A DNA stretch of 64,000 nucleotides, taken from the human T2T-CHM13v2.0 reference genome, Homo sapiens. A program made the position numbers and the translations under genes. This document shows, in pieces, positions 48,100 to 62,400 of the stretch. The notes beneath the pieces were generated by a model. It was given only the letters and a program-made list of their open reading frames with translations. It had not been told where the DNA came from and ran no database searches. Where the stretch lies: assembly GCF_009914755.1 (NCBI RefSeq), contig NC_060947.1; one strand, given 5' to 3'. Positions within the stretch are counted from its first letter, which is position 1; each line of letters opens with the position of its first letter.

Positions 48100-51000
48100 G
48101 GAAATTATTCCCGTTTCCAACGAAATCCTCAGAGAGCTCCAAATATCCACCTGCAGTTTCTACCAAAAGTGTAGTTGGAAACTGCTCCATCAAAAGGCAT
48201 GTTCAGCTCTGTGAGTGAAACTCCATCATCACAAAGAATATTCTGAGAATGCTTCCGTTTGCCTTTTATATGAAGTTCCTTCCTATACTACCGTAGGCCT
48301 CAAAGCAGTCCAAATCTCCATTTGCAGATTCTACAAAAAGAGTGATTCCAATCTGCTCTATCAATAGGATTGTTCAACTCCATGAGTTGAATGCCATCCT
48401 CACAAAGTAGTTTCTGAGAATGCTTCTATCTAGTTTTTATGTGAAGATATTTCCTTTTCCACCACAGGCCTCAAAGCCCTCCAAACGTCCACTTGCAGAT
48501 TCTCGAAAAAGAGTGTTTCATAGCTGCTCTTTCAAAAGGAAAGTTCAACTCTGGGAGTTGAATACAAACATCACAAAGTAGTTTCCGAGAATGCTTCTGT
48601 TTAGTTTTTATGTGAAGATGATCCCGTTTCCAGTGAAATCTTCAAAGAGGTCCACATATCCCCTTGCAGATTCCAAAGAAAGAGGGTTTCAAAACTGCTC
48701 CATCAGAAGGATTGTTCAACTCTGTGAGTTGAATGCAGTCATCGCAGAAAACTTTCTGAGAATGCTTCTGTCTAGGTTTGATGTGAAGGTATAGACGTTT
48801 CAAACGAAGGCTACAAAGTGGTCAAAATATACACTTGCAGATTCTACTACAAGGGTGTTGCAAACCTGAACTATCAAAGGAAGGTTCAACTCTGTGAGTT
48901 GAATACAAACATCACAAAGAATGTTCTGAGTTTGCTTCCGTTCAGTTATGGGAAGTTGATCCCGTTTCCAACGAAATCCTCAGAGAGGTCCAAATATCCC
49001 CTTGCAGATTCTACAAAACGTGTGTTTGGAAACTGCTCCATCATAACGAATGTTCAGCTCCCTGAGTTAAACTCCATCGTCACAAAGAATTTTCTGAGAG
49101 TGCTACCGTCTGGTTTTTATATGAAGTTCTTTCCTTCACTACCACAGGCCTCAAAGCGGTCCAAATCTCCACTTGCAGATTCTACAAAAAGAGTGTTTGC
49201 AAACTGCTCTATCAAAAGGAATGTTCAACTCTGGGAGTTGAATGCAATCATCACAGAGCAGTTTCTGAGAATGCTTCTATGTCGTTTTTAGGAGAAGATA
49301 TTTCCTTTTCCAACACAGTCCTCCAAGCCCGCTAAATAGCCACTTGCACATTGTAGAAAAAGTGTGTCAAAGCTGCGCTATCAAAGGGAAAGTTCAACTC
49401 TGTGAGGTGAATGCAAACATCCCAAAGAAGTTTCTGAGAATGCTTCCGTTTAGCTTTTAGGTGAAGATTATCCCGTTTCCAACGAAACCTTCAAAGAGGT
49501 CCAAATATCCCCTTGTGGATCCCACAGAAAGAGTGTTTCGAAACTGCTGTTTCAAAAGGAATCTTCAACTCTGTGAGTTGAATGCAATCATCACAAAGAA
49601 GTTTCTGACAATGCTTCTCTCTCGTCTTTCTGTGAAGATAAAGGAAAAGGCTTTCAGGCCTTTTCCACCACAGGCCTGAAAGCGCTCCAAATGTCCACTT
49701 GCAGATTCTGCCAAAAGAATATTTCAAAACTGCTCTATGAAAAGCAATGTTAAACTCTGTGGCTCGAACACAAACATCACAAAGCAGTTTCTGAGAATGC
49801 TTCAGTTTAGTTTTTCTGTGGAAATATTCCCGTTTCCAAAGAAATCTTCAAAGAGGTCCACGTATCCACTTACAGATTCTACAAAAAGACAGTTTCAAAA
49901 CTGCTCCATCAAAAGGAGGGTTCAACTGTGTGACTTGAATGCAATCATCACTCAGAAGTTTCTGAGAATGCTTCTCTTTAGTTTTTACGTGAACATATAC
50001 CCGTTTCGAACGAAGGCCACCCAGTGGTCCAAATATCCACTTGCAGATTCTACAGAAAGAGTGTTTCGAACCTGAACTCTCAAAGGCAGGTTCATCTCTG
50101 CGAGTTAAATGCATTCATCATGAAGAACTTTCTCAGAGTGTTTGTGTTTAGTTATGGGAAATTATTCCCGTTTCCAACGAAATCCTCAGAGAGCTCCAAA
50201 TATCCACCTGCAGATTCTACCAAAAGTGTATTTGGAAACTGCTCCATCAAAAGGCATGTTCAGCTCTGTGAGTGAAACTCCATCATCACAAAGAATATTC
50301 TGAGAATGCTTCCGTTTGCCTTTTATATGAAGTTCCTTCCTGTACTACTGTAGGCCTCAAAGCAGTCCAAATCTCCATTTGCAGATTCTACAAAAAGAGT
50401 GATTCCAATCTGCTCTATCAATAGGATTGTTCAACTCCATGAGTTGAATGCCATCCTCACAAAGTAGTTTCTGAGAATGCTTCTATCTGGTTTTTGTGTG
50501 AAGATATTTCCTTTTCCACCACAGGCCTCAAAGCCCTCCAAACGTCCACTTGCAGATTCTCGAAAAAGAGTGTTTCATAGCTGCTCTTTCAAAAGGAAAG
50601 TTCAACTCTGGGAGTTGAATACAAACATCACAAAATAGTTTCCGAGAATGCTTCTGTTTAGTTTTTATGTGAAGATGATCCCGTTTCCAGTGAAATCTTC
50701 AAAGAGGTCCACATATCCCCTTGCAGATTCCAAAGAAAGAGGGTTTCAAAACTGCTCCATCAAAAGGATTGTTCAACTCTGTGAGTTGAATGCAGTCATC
50801 GCAGAAAACTTTCTGAGAATGCTTCTGTCTAGGTTTGATGTGAAGATATAGACGTTTCAAACGAAGGCTACAAAGTGGTCAAAATATACACTTGCAGATT
50901 CTACTACAAGGGTTTTGCAAACCTGAACTATCAAAGGAAGGTTCAACTCTGTGAGTTGAATACAAACATAACAAAGAATGTTCTGAGTTTGCTTCCGTTC

Positions 51001-54000
51001 AGTTATGGGAAGTTGATCCCGTTTCCAACGAAATCCTCAGAGAGGTCCAAATATCCCCTCGCAGATTCTACAAAACGTGTGTTTGGAAACTGCTCCATCA
51101 TAACGAATGTTCAGCTCCCTGAGTTAAACTCCATCGTCACAAAGAATTTTCTGAGAGTGCTACCGTCTGGTTTTTATATGAAGTTCTTTCCTTCACTACC
51201 ACAGGCCTCAAAGCGGTCCAAATCTCCACTTGCAGATTCTACAAAAAGAGTGTTTGCAAACTGCTCTATCAAAAGGAATGTTCAACTCTGGGAGTTGAAT
51301 GCAATCATCACAGAGCAGTTTCTGAGAATGCTTCTATGTCGTTTTTAGGAGAAGATATTTCGTTTTCCAACACAGTCCTCCAAGCCCGCTAAATAGCCAC
51401 TTGCACATTGTAGAAAAAGTGTGTCAAAGCTGCGCTATCAAAGGGAAAGTTCAACTCTGTGAGGTGAATGCAAACATCCCAAAGAAGTTTCTGAGAATGT
51501 TTCCGTTTAGCTTTTAGGTGAAGATTATCCCGTTTCCAACGAAACCTTCAAAGAGGTCCAAATATCCCCTTGCGGATCCCACAGAAAGAGTGTTTCGAAA
51601 CTGCTGTTTCAAAAGGAATCTTCAACTCTGTGAGTTGAATGCAATCATCACAAAGAAGTTTCTGACAATGCTTCTCTCTCGTCTTTCTGTGAAGATAAAG
51701 GAAAAGGCTTTCAGGCCTTTTCCACCACAGGCCTGAAAGCGCTCCAAATGTCCACTTGTAGATTCTGCCAAAAGAATATTTCAAAACTGCTCTATGAAAA
51801 GCAATGTTAAACTCTGTGGCTCGAACACAAACATCACAAAGCAGTTTCTGAGAATGCTTCAGTTTAGTTTTTCTGTGGAAATATTCCCGTTTCCAAAGAA
51901 ATCTTCAAAGAGGTCCACGTATCCACTTACAGATTCTACAAAAAGACAGTTTCAAAACTGCTCCATCAAAAGGAGGGTTCAACTGTGTGACTTGAATGCA
52001 ATCATCACTCAGAAGTTTCTGAGAATGCTTCTCTTTAGTTTTTACGTGAACATATACCCGTTTTGAACGAAGGCCACCCAGTGGTCCAAATATCCACTTG
52101 CAGATTCTACAGAAAGAGTGTTTCGAACCTGAACTCTCAAAGGCAGGTTCATCTCTGCGAGTTAAATGCATTCATCATGAAGAACTTTCTCAGAGTGTTT
52201 GTGTTTAGTTATGGGAAATTATTCCCGTTTCCAACGAAATCCTCAGAGAGCTCCAAATATCCACCTGCAGTTTCTACCAAAAGTGTAGTTGGAAACTGCT
52301 CCATCAAAAGGCATGTTCAGCTCTGTGAGTGAAACTCCATCATCACAAAGAATATTCTGAGAATGCTTCCGTTTGCCTTTTATATGAAGTTCCTTCCTGT
52401 ACTACCGTAGGCCTCAAAGCAGTCCAAATCTCCATTTGCAGATTCTACAAAAAGAGTGATTCCAATCTGCTCTATCAATAGGATTGTTCAACTCCATGAG
52501 TTGAATGCCATCCTCACAAAGTAGTTTCTGAGAATGCTTCTATCTAGTTTTTATGTGAAGATATTTCCTTTTCCACCACAGGCCTCAAAGCCCTCCAAAC
52601 GTCCACTTGCAGATTCTCGAAAAAGAGTGTTTCATAGCTGCTCTTTCAAAAGGAAAGTTCAACTCTGGGAGTTGAATACAAACATCACAAAGTAGTTTCC
52701 GAGAATGCTTCTGTTTAGTTTTTATGTGAAGATGATCCCGTTTCCAGTGAAATCTTCAAAGAGGTCCACATATCCCCTTGCAGATTCCAAAGAAAGAGGG
52801 TTTCAAAACTGCTCCATCAGAAGGATTGTTCAACTCTGTGAGTTGAATGCAGTCATCGCAGAAAACTTTCTGAGAATGCTTCTGTCTAGGTTTGATGTGA
52901 AGGTATAGACGTTTCAAACGAAGGCTACAAAGTGGTCAAAATATACACTTGCAGATTCTACTACAAGGGTGTTGCAAACCTGAACTATCAAAGGAAGGTT
53001 CAACTCTGTGAGTTGAATACAAACATCACAAAGAATGTTCTGAGTTTGCTTCCGTTCAGTTATGGGAAGTTGATCCCGTTTCCAACGAAATCCTCAGAGA
53101 GGTCCAAATATCCCCTTGCAGATTCTACAAAACGTGTGTTTGGAAACTGCTCCATCATAACGAATGTTCAGCTCCCTGAGTTAAACTCCATCGTCACAAA
53201 GAATTTTCTGAGAGTGCTACCGTCTGGTTTTTATATGAAGTTCTTTCCTTCACTACCACAGGCCTCAAAGCGGTCCAAATCTCCACTTGCAGATTCTACA
53301 AAAAGAGTGTTTGCAAACTGCTCTATCAAAAGGAATGTTCAACTCTGGGAGTTGAATGCAATCATCACAGAGCAGTTTCTGAGAATGCTTCTATGTCGTT
53401 TTTAGGAGAAGATATTTCCTTTTCCAACACAGTCCTCCAAGCCCGCTAAATAGCCACTTGCACATTGTAGAAAAAGTGTGTCAAAGCTGCGCTATCAAAG
53501 GGAAAGTTCAACTCTGTGAGGTGAATGCAAACATCCCAAAGAAGTTTCTGAGAATGCTTCCGTTTAGCTTTTAGGTGAAGATTATCCCGTTTCCAACGAA
53601 ACCTTCAAAGAGGTCCAAATATCCCCTTGTGGATCCCACAGAAAGAGTGTTTCGAAACTGCTGTTTCAAAAGGAATCTTCAACTCTGTGAGTTGAATGCA
53701 ATCATCACAAAGAAGTTTCTGACAATGCTTCTCTCTCGTCTTTCTGTGAAGATAAAGGAAAAGGCTTTCAGGCCTTTTCCACCACAGGCCTGAAAGCGCT
53801 CCAAATGTCCACTTGCAGATTCTGCCAAAAGAATATTTCAAAACTGCTCTATGAAAAGCAATGTTAAACTCTGTGGCTCGAACACAAACATCACAAAGCA
53901 GTTTCTGAGAATGCTTCAGTTTAGTTTTTCTGTGGAAATATTCCCGTTTCCAAAGAAATCTTCAAAGAGGTCCACGTATCCACTTACAGATTCTACAAAA

Positions 54001-56250
54001 AGACAGTTTCAAAACTGCTCCATCAAAAGGAGGGTTCAACTGTGTGACTTGAATGCAATCATCACTCAGAAGTTTCTGAGAATGCTTCTCTTTAGTTTTT
54101 ACGTGAACATATACCCGTTTCGAACGAAGGCCACCCAGTGGTCCAAATATCCACTTGCAGATTCTACAGAAAGAGTGTTTCGAACCTGAACTCTCAAAGG
54201 CAGGTTCATCTCTGTGAGTTAAATGCATTCATCATGAAGAACTTTCTCAGAGTGTTTGTGTTTAGTTATGGGAAATTATTCCCGTTTCCAACGAAATCCT
54301 CAGAGAGCTCCAAATATCCACCTGCAGATTCTACCAAAAGTGTATTTGGAAACTGCTCCATCAAAAGGCATGTTCAGCTCTGTGAGTGAAACTCCATCAT
54401 CACAAAGAATATTCTGAGAATGCTTCCGTTTGCCTTTTATATGAAGTTCCTTCCTGTACTACTGTAGGCCTCAAAGCAGTCCAAATCTCCATTTGCAGAT
54501 TCTACAAAAAGAGTGATTCCAATCTGCTCTATCAATAGGATTGTTCAACTCCATGAGTTGAATGCCATCCTCACAAAGTAGTTTCTGAGAATGCTTCTAT
54601 CTGGTTTTTGTGTGAAGATATTTCCTTTTCCACCACAGGCCTCAAAGCCCTCCAAACGTCCACTTGCAGATTCTCGAAAAAGAGTGTTTCATAGCTGCTC
54701 TTTCAAAAGGAAAGTTCAACTCTGGGAGTTGAATACAAACATCACAAAATAGTTTCCGAGAATGCTTCTGTTTAGTTTTTATGTGAAGATGATCCCGTTT
54801 CCAGTGAAATCTTCAAAGAGGTCCACATATCCCCTTGCAGATTCCAAAGAAAGAGGGTTTCAAAACTGCTCCATCAAAAGGATTGTTCAACTCTGTGAGT
54901 TGAATGCAGTCATCGCAGAAAACTTTCTGAGAATGCTTCTGTCTAGGTTTGATGTGAAGATATAGACGTTTCAAACGAAGGCTACAAAGTGGTCAAAATA
55001 TACACTTGCAGATTCTACTACAAGGGTTTTGCAAACCTGAACTATCAAAGGAAGGTTCAACTCTGTGAGTTGAATACAAACATAACAAAGAATGTTCTGA
55101 GTTTGCTTCCGTTCAGTTATGGGAAGTTGATCCCGTTTCCAACGAAATCCTCAGAGAGGTCCAAATATCCCCTCGCAGATTCTACAAAACGTGTGTTTGG
55201 AAACTGCTCCATCATAACGAATGTTCAGCTCCCTGAGTTAAACTCCATCGTCACAAAGAATTTTCTGAGAGTGCTACCGTCTGGTTTTTATATGAAGTTC
55301 TTTCCTTCACTACCACAGGCCTCAAAGCGGTCCAAATCTCCACTTGCAGATTCTACAAAAAGAGTGTTTGCAAACTGCTCTATCAAAAGGAATGTTCAAC
55401 TCTGGGAGTTGAATGCAATCATCACAGAGCAGTTTCTGAGAATGCTTCTATGTCGTTTTTAGGAGAAGATATTTCGTTTTCCAACACAGTCCTCCAAGCC
55501 CGCTAAATAGCCACTTGCACATTGTAGAAAAAGTGTGTCAAAGCTGCGCTATCAAAGGGAAAGTTCAACTCTGTGAGGTGAATGCAAACATCCCAAAGAA
55601 GTTTCTGAGAATGTTTCCGTTTAGCTTTTAGGTGAAGATTATCCCGTTTCCAACGAAACCTTCAAAGAGGTCCAAATATCCCCTTGCGGATCCCACAGAA
55701 AGAGTGTTTCGAAACTGCTGTTTCAAAAGGAATCTTCAACTCTGTGAGTTGAATGCAATCATCACAAAGAAGTTTCTGACAATGCTTCTCTCTCGTCTTT
55801 CTGTGAAGATAAAGGAAAAGGCTTTCAGGCCTTTTCCACCACAGGCCTGAAAGCGCTCCAAATGTCCACTTGTAGATTCTGCCAAAAGAATATTTCAAAA
55901 CTGCTCTATGAAAAGCAATGTTAAACTCTGTGGCTCGAACACAAACATCACAAAGCAGTTTCTGAGAATGCTTCAGTTTAGTTTTTCTGTGGAAATATTC
56001 CCGTTTCCAAAGAAATCTTCAAAGAGGTCCACGTATCCACTTACAGATTCTACAAAAAGACAGTTTCAAAACTGCTCCATCAAAAGGAGGGTTCAACTGT
56101 GTGACTTGAATGCAATCATCACTCAGAAGTTTCTGAGAATGCTTCTCTTTAGTTTTTACGTGAACATATACCCGTTTTGAACGAAGGCCACCCAGTGGTC
56201 CAAATATCCACTTGCAGATTCTACAGAAAGAGTGTTTCGAACCTGAACTC
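48100..56250 (-). repeat. HOR-dimer tandem duplication, period 4114 bp (approximate bounds)
   Basis: Private variants recur at +4114: GCAGTTTC (48157/52271), TTGTGGATCC, TACTGTAG, GGTTTTGC, AACATAAC, TTCGTTTT, TTGTAGATT, TTTTGAACG (52064/56178). Confidence 0.88.
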
Positions 56251-57744
56251 TCAAAGGCAGGTTCATCTCTGCGAGTTAAATGCATTCATCATGAAGAACT
56301 TTCTCAGAGTGTTTGTGTTTAGTTATGGGAAATTATTCCCGTTTCCAACGAAATCCTCAGAGAGCTCCAAATATCCACCTGCAGATTCTACCAAAAGTGT
56401 ATTTGGAAACTGCTCCATCAAAAGGCATGTTCAGCTCTGTGAGTGAAACTCCATCATCACAAAGAATATTCTGAGAATGCTTCCGTTTGCCTTTTATATG
56501 AAGTTCCTTCCTATACGACCGTAGGCCTCAAAGCAGTCCAAATCTCCATTTGCAGATTCTACAAAAAGAGTGATTCCAATCTGCTCTATCAATAGGATTG
56601 TTCAACTCCATGAGTTGAAAGCCATCCTCACGAAGTCGTTTCTGAGAATGCTTCTATCTAGTTTTTATGTGAAGATATTTCCTTTTCCACCACAGGCCTC
56701 AAAGCCCTCCAAACGTCCACTTGCAGATTCTCGAAAAAGAGTGTTTCATAGCTGCTCTTTCAAAAGGAAAGTTCAACTCTGGGAGTTGAATACAAACATC
56801 ACAAAGTAGTTTCCGAGAATGCTTCTGTTTAGTTTTTATGTGAAGATGATCCCGTTTCCAGTGAAATCTTCAAAGAGGTCCACATATCCCCTTGCAGATT
56901 CCAAAGAAAGAGGGTATCAAAACTGCTCCATCAGAAGGATTGTTCAACTCTGTGAGTTGAATGCAGTCATCGCAGAAAACTTTCTGAGAATGCTTCTGTC
57001 TAGGTTTGATGTGAAGATATAGACGTTTCAAACGAAGGCTACAAAGTGGTCAAAATATACACTTGCAGATTCTACTACAAGGGTGTTGCAAACCTGAACT
57101 ATCAAAGGAAGGTTCAACTCTGTGAGTTGAATACAAACATCACAAAGAATGTTCTGAGTTTGCTTCCGTTCAGTTATGGGAAGTTGATCCCGTTTCCAAC
57201 GAAATCCTCAGAGAGGTCCAAATATCCCCTTGCAGATTCTACAAAACGTGTGTTTGGAAACTGCTCCATCATAACGAATGTTCAGCTCCCTGAGTTAAAC
57301 TCCATCGTCACAAAGAATTTTCTGAGAGTGCTACCGTCTGGTTTTTATATGAATTTCTTTCCTTCACTACCACAGGCCTCAAAGCGGTCCAAATCTCCAC
57401 TTGCAGATTCTACAAAAAGAGTGTTTGCAAACTGCTCTATCAAAAGGAATGTTCAACTCTGGGAGTTGAATGCAATCGTCACAGAGCAGTTTCTGAGAAT
57501 GCTTCTATGTCGTTTTTAGGAGAAGATATTTCCTTTTCCAACACAGTCCTCCAAGCCCGCTAAATAGCCACTTGCACATTGTAGAAAAAGTGTGTCAAAG
57601 CTGCGCTATCAAAGGGAAAGTTCAACTCTGTGAGGTGAATGCAAACATCCCAAAGAAGTTTCTGAGAATGCTTCCGTTTAGCTTTTAGGTGAAGATTATC
57701 CCGTTTCCAACGAAACCTTCAAAGAGGTCCAAATATCCCCTTGC

Positions 57745-59460
57745 GGATCCCACAGAAAGAGTGTTTCGAAACTGCTGTTTCAAAAGGAATCTTCAACTCT
57801 GTGAGTTGAATGCAATCATCACAAAGAAGTTTCTGACAATACTTCTCTCTCGTCTTTCTGTGAAGATAAAGGAAAAGGCTTTCAGGCCTTTTCCACCACA
57901 GGCCTGAAAGCGCTCCAAATGTCCACTTGCAGATTCTGCGAAAAGAATATTTCAAAACTGCTCTATGAAAAGCAATGTTAAACTCTGTGGCTGGAACACA
58001 AACATCACAAAGCGGTTTCTGAGAATGTTTCAGTTTAGTTTTTCTGTGGAAATATTCCCGTTTCCAAAGAAATCTTCAAAGAGGTCCACGTATCCACTTA
58101 CAGATTCTACAAAAAGACAGTTTCAAAACTGCTCCATCAAAAGGAGGGTTCAACTGTGTGACTTGAATGCAATCATCACTCAGAAGTTTCTGAGAATGCT
58201 TCTCTTTAGTTTTTACGTGAACATATACCCGTTTTGAACGAAGGCCACCCAGTGGTCCAAATATCCACTTGCAGATTCTACAGAAAGAGTGTTTCGAACC
58301 TGAACTCTCAAAGGCAGGTTCATCTCTGCGAGTTAAATGCATTCATCATGAAGAACTTTCTCAGAGTGTTTGTGTTTAGTTATGGGAAATTATTCCCGTT
58401 TCCAACGAAATCCTCAGAGAGCTCCAAATATCCACCTGCAGATTCTACCAAAAGTGTATTTGGAAACTGCTCCATCAAAAGGCATGTTCAGCTCTGTGAG
58501 TGAAACTCCATCATCACAAAGAATATTCTGAGAATGCTTCCGTTTGCCTTTTATATGAAGTTCCTTCATATACGACCGTAGGCCTCAAAGCAGTCCAAAT
58601 CTCCATTTGCAGATTCTACAAAAAGAGTGATTCCAATCTGCTCTATCAATAGGATTGTTCAACTCCATGAGTTGAATGCCATCCTCACAAAGTAGTTTCT
58701 GAGAATGCTTCTATCTGGTTTTTGTGTGAAGATATTTCCTTTTCCACCACAGGCCTCAAAGCCCTCCAAACGTCCACTTGCAGATTCTCGAAAAAGAGTG
58801 TTTCATAGCTGCTCTTTCAAAAGGAAAGTTCAACTCTGGGAGTTGAATACAAACATCACAAAGAATGTTCTGAGTTTGCTTCCGTTCAGTTATGGGAAGT
58901 TGATCCCGTTTCCAACGAAATCCTCAGAGAGGTCCAAATATCCCCTTGCAGATTCTACAAAACGTGTGTTTGGAAACTGCTCCATCATAACGAATGTTCA
59001 GCTCCCTGAGTTAAACTCCATCGTCACAAAGAATTTTCTGAGAGTGCTACCGTCTGGTTTTTATATGAAGCTCTTTCCTTTACTACCCCAGTCCTCAAAG
59101 CGGTCCAAATCTCCACTTGCAGATTCTACAAAAAGAGTGTTTGCAAACTGCTCTATCAAAAGGAATGTTCAACTCTGGGAGTTGAATGCAATCATCACAG
59201 AGCAGTTTCTGAGAATGCTTCTATGTCGTTTTTAGGAGAAGATATTTCCTTTTCCAACACAGTCCTCCAAGCCCGCTAAATAGCCACTTGCACATTGTAG
59301 AAAAAGTGTGTCAAAGCTGCGCTATCAAAGGGAAAGTTCAACTCTGAGAGGTGAATGCAAACATCCCAAAGAAGTTTCTGAGAGTGCTTCCGTTTAGCTT
59401 TTAGGTGAAGATTATCCCGTTTCCAACGAAACCTTCAAAGAGGTCCAAATATCCCCTTGC
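57745..59460 (-). repeat. 10-mer HOR deletion variant, copy 5 (1716 bp)
   Basis: Spacing 57689->59405; same junction at 58840. Confidence 0.93.
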
Positions 59461-62400
59461 GGATCCCACAGAAAGAGTGTTTCGAAACTGCTGTTTCAAA
59501 AGGAATCTTCAACTCTGTGAGTTGAATGCAATCATCACAAAGAAGTTTCTGACAATGCTTCTCTCTCGTCTTCCTGTGAAGATAAAGGAAAAGGCTTTCA
59601 GGCCTTTTCCACCACAGGCCTGAAAGCGCTCCAAATGTCCACTTGCAGATTCTGCCAAAAGAATATTTCAAAACTGCTCTATGAAAAGCAATGTTAAACT
59701 CTGTGGCTCGAACACAAACATCACAAAGCAGTTTCTGAGAATGCTTCAGTTTAGTTTTTCTGTGGAAATATTCCCGTTTCCAAAGAAATCTTCAAAGAGG
59801 TCCACGTATCCACTTACAGATTCTACAAAAAGACAGTTTCAAAACTGCTCCATCAAAAGGAGGGTTCAACTGTGTGACTTGAATGCAATCATCACTCAGA
59901 AGTTTCTGAGAATGCTTCTCTTTAGTTTTTACGTGAACATATACGCGTTTCGAACGAAGGCCACCCAGTGGTCCAAATATCCACTTGCAGATTCTACAGA
60001 AAGAGTGTTTCGAACCTGAACTCTCAAAGGCAGGTTCATCTCTGCGAGTTAAATGCATTCATCATGAAGAACTTTCTCAGAGTGTTTGTGTTTAGTTATG
60101 GGAAATTATTCCCGTTTCCAACGAAATCCTCAGGGAGCTCCAAATATCCACCTGCAGATTCTACCAAAAGTGTATTTGGAAACTGCTCCATCAAAAGGCA
60201 TGTTCAGCTCTGTGAGTGAAACTCCATCATCACAAAGAATATTCTGAGAATGCTTCCGTTTGCCTTTTATATGAACTTCCTTCCTGTACTACCGTAGGCC
60301 TCAAAGCAGTCCAAATCTCCATTTGCAGATTCTACAAAAAGAGTGATTCCAATCTGCTCTATCAATAGGATTGTTCAACTCCATGAGTTGAATGCCATCC
60401 TCACAAAGTAGTTTCTGAGAATGCTTCTATCTGGTTTTTGTGTGAAGATATTTCCTTTTCCACCACAGGCCTCAAAGCCCTCGAAACGTCCACTTGCAGA
60501 TTCTCGAAAAAGAGTGTTTCATAGCTGCTCTTTCAAAAGGAAAGTTCAACTCTGGGAGTTGAATACAAACATCACAAAGTAGTTTCCGAGAATGCTTCTG
60601 TTTAGTTTTTATTTGAAGATGATCCCGTTTCCAGTGAAATCTTCAAAGAGGTCCACATATCCCCTTGCAGATTCCAAAGAAAGAGGGTTTCAAAACTGCT
60701 CCATCAGAAGGATTGTTCAACTCTGTGAGTTGAATGCAGTCATCGCAGAAAACTTTCTGAGAATGCTTCTGTCTAGGTTTGATGTGAAGGTATAGACGTT
60801 TCAAATGAAGGCTACAAAGTGGTCAAAATATACACTTGCAGATTCTACTACAAGGGTGTTGCAAACCTGAACTATCAAAGGAAGGTTCAACTCTGTGAGT
60901 TGAATACAAACATCACAAAGAATGTTCTGAGTTTGCTTCCGTTCAGTTATGGGAAGTTGATCCCGTTTCCAACGAAATCCTCAGAGAGGTCCAAATATCC
61001 CCTTGCAGATTCTACAAAACGTGTGTTTGGAAACTGCTCCATCATAACGAATGTTCAGCTCCCTGAGTTAAACTCCATCGTCACAAAGAATTTTCTGAGA
61101 GTGCTACCGTCTGGTTTTTATATGAAGTTCTTTCCTTCACTACCACAGGCCTCAAAGCGGTCCAAATCTCCACTTGCAGATTCTACAAAAAGAGTGTTTG
61201 CAAACTGCTCTATCAAAAGGAATGTTCAACTCTGGGAGTTGAATGCAATCATCACAGAGCAGTTTCTGAGAATGCTTCTATGTCGTTTTTAGGAGAAGAT
61301 ATTTCGTTTTCCAACACAGTCCTCCAAGCCCGCTAAATAGCCACTTGCACATTGTAGAAAAAGTGTGTCAAAGCTGCGCTATCAAAGGGAAAGTTCAACT
61401 CTGTGAGGTGAATGCAAACATCCCAAAGAAGTTTCTGAGAATGTTTCCGTTTAGCTTTTAGGTGAAGATTATCCCGTTTCCAACGAAACCTTCAAAGAGG
61501 TCCAAATATCCCCTTGCGGATCCCACAGAAAGAGTGTTTCGAAACTGCTGTTTCAAAAGGAATCTTCAACTCTGTGAGTTGAATGCAATCATCACAAAGA
61601 AGTTTCTGACAATGCTTCTCTCTCGTCTTTCTGTGAAGATAAAGGAAAAGGCTTTCAGGCCTTTTCCACCACAGGCCTGAAAGCGCTCCAAATGTCCACT
61701 TGTAGATTCTGCCAAAAGAATATTTCAAAACTGCTCTATGAAAAGCAATGTTAAACTCTGTGGCTCGAACACAAACATCACAAAGCAGTTTCTGAGAATG
61801 CTTCAGTTTAGTTTTTCTGTGGAAATATTCCCGTTTCCAAAGAAATCTTCAAAGAGGTCCACGTATCCACTTACAGATTCTACAAAAAGACAGTTTCAAA
61901 ACTGCTCCATCAAAAGGAGGGTTCAACTGTGTGACTTGAATGCAATCATCACTCAGAAGTTTCTGAGAATGCTTCTCTTTAGTTTTTACGTGAACATATA
62001 CCCGTTTTGAACGAAGGCCACCCAGTGGTCCAAATATCCACTTGCAGATTCTACAGAAAGAGTGTTTCGAACCTGAACTCTCAAAGGCAGGTTCATCTCT
62101 GCGAGTTAAATGCATTCATCATGAAGAACTTTCTCAGAGTGTTTGTGTTTAGTTATGGGAAATTATTCCCGTTTCCAACGAAATCCTCAGAGAGCTCCAA
62201 ATATCCACCTGCAGATTCTACCAAAAGTGTATTTGGAAACTGCTCCATCAAAAGGCATGTTCAGCTCTGTGAGTGAAACTCCATCATCACAAAGAATATT
62301 CTGAGAATGCTTCCGTTTGCCTTTTATATGAAGTTCCTTCCTATACGACCGTAGGCCTCAAAGCAGTCCAAATCTCCATTTGCAGATTCTACAAAAAGAG

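Noticed and set aside
136-58840. Possible ~24.34-kb macro-period (136->24475 = 24339; 34500->58840 = 24340)
   Set aside because: Both equal eleven 12-mers plus one 10-mer, but private SNPs and indels of 1-22 kb do not match those of 36-58 kb, so there is no support for a recent block duplication; likely coincidence given quantised offsets.
52064-62008. TTTCGAACG->TTTTGAACG in the 2002-type CENP-B box as a box knockout
   Set aside because: The change hits a non-core position; nCCCGnnTnnnnCGAAn remains intact.
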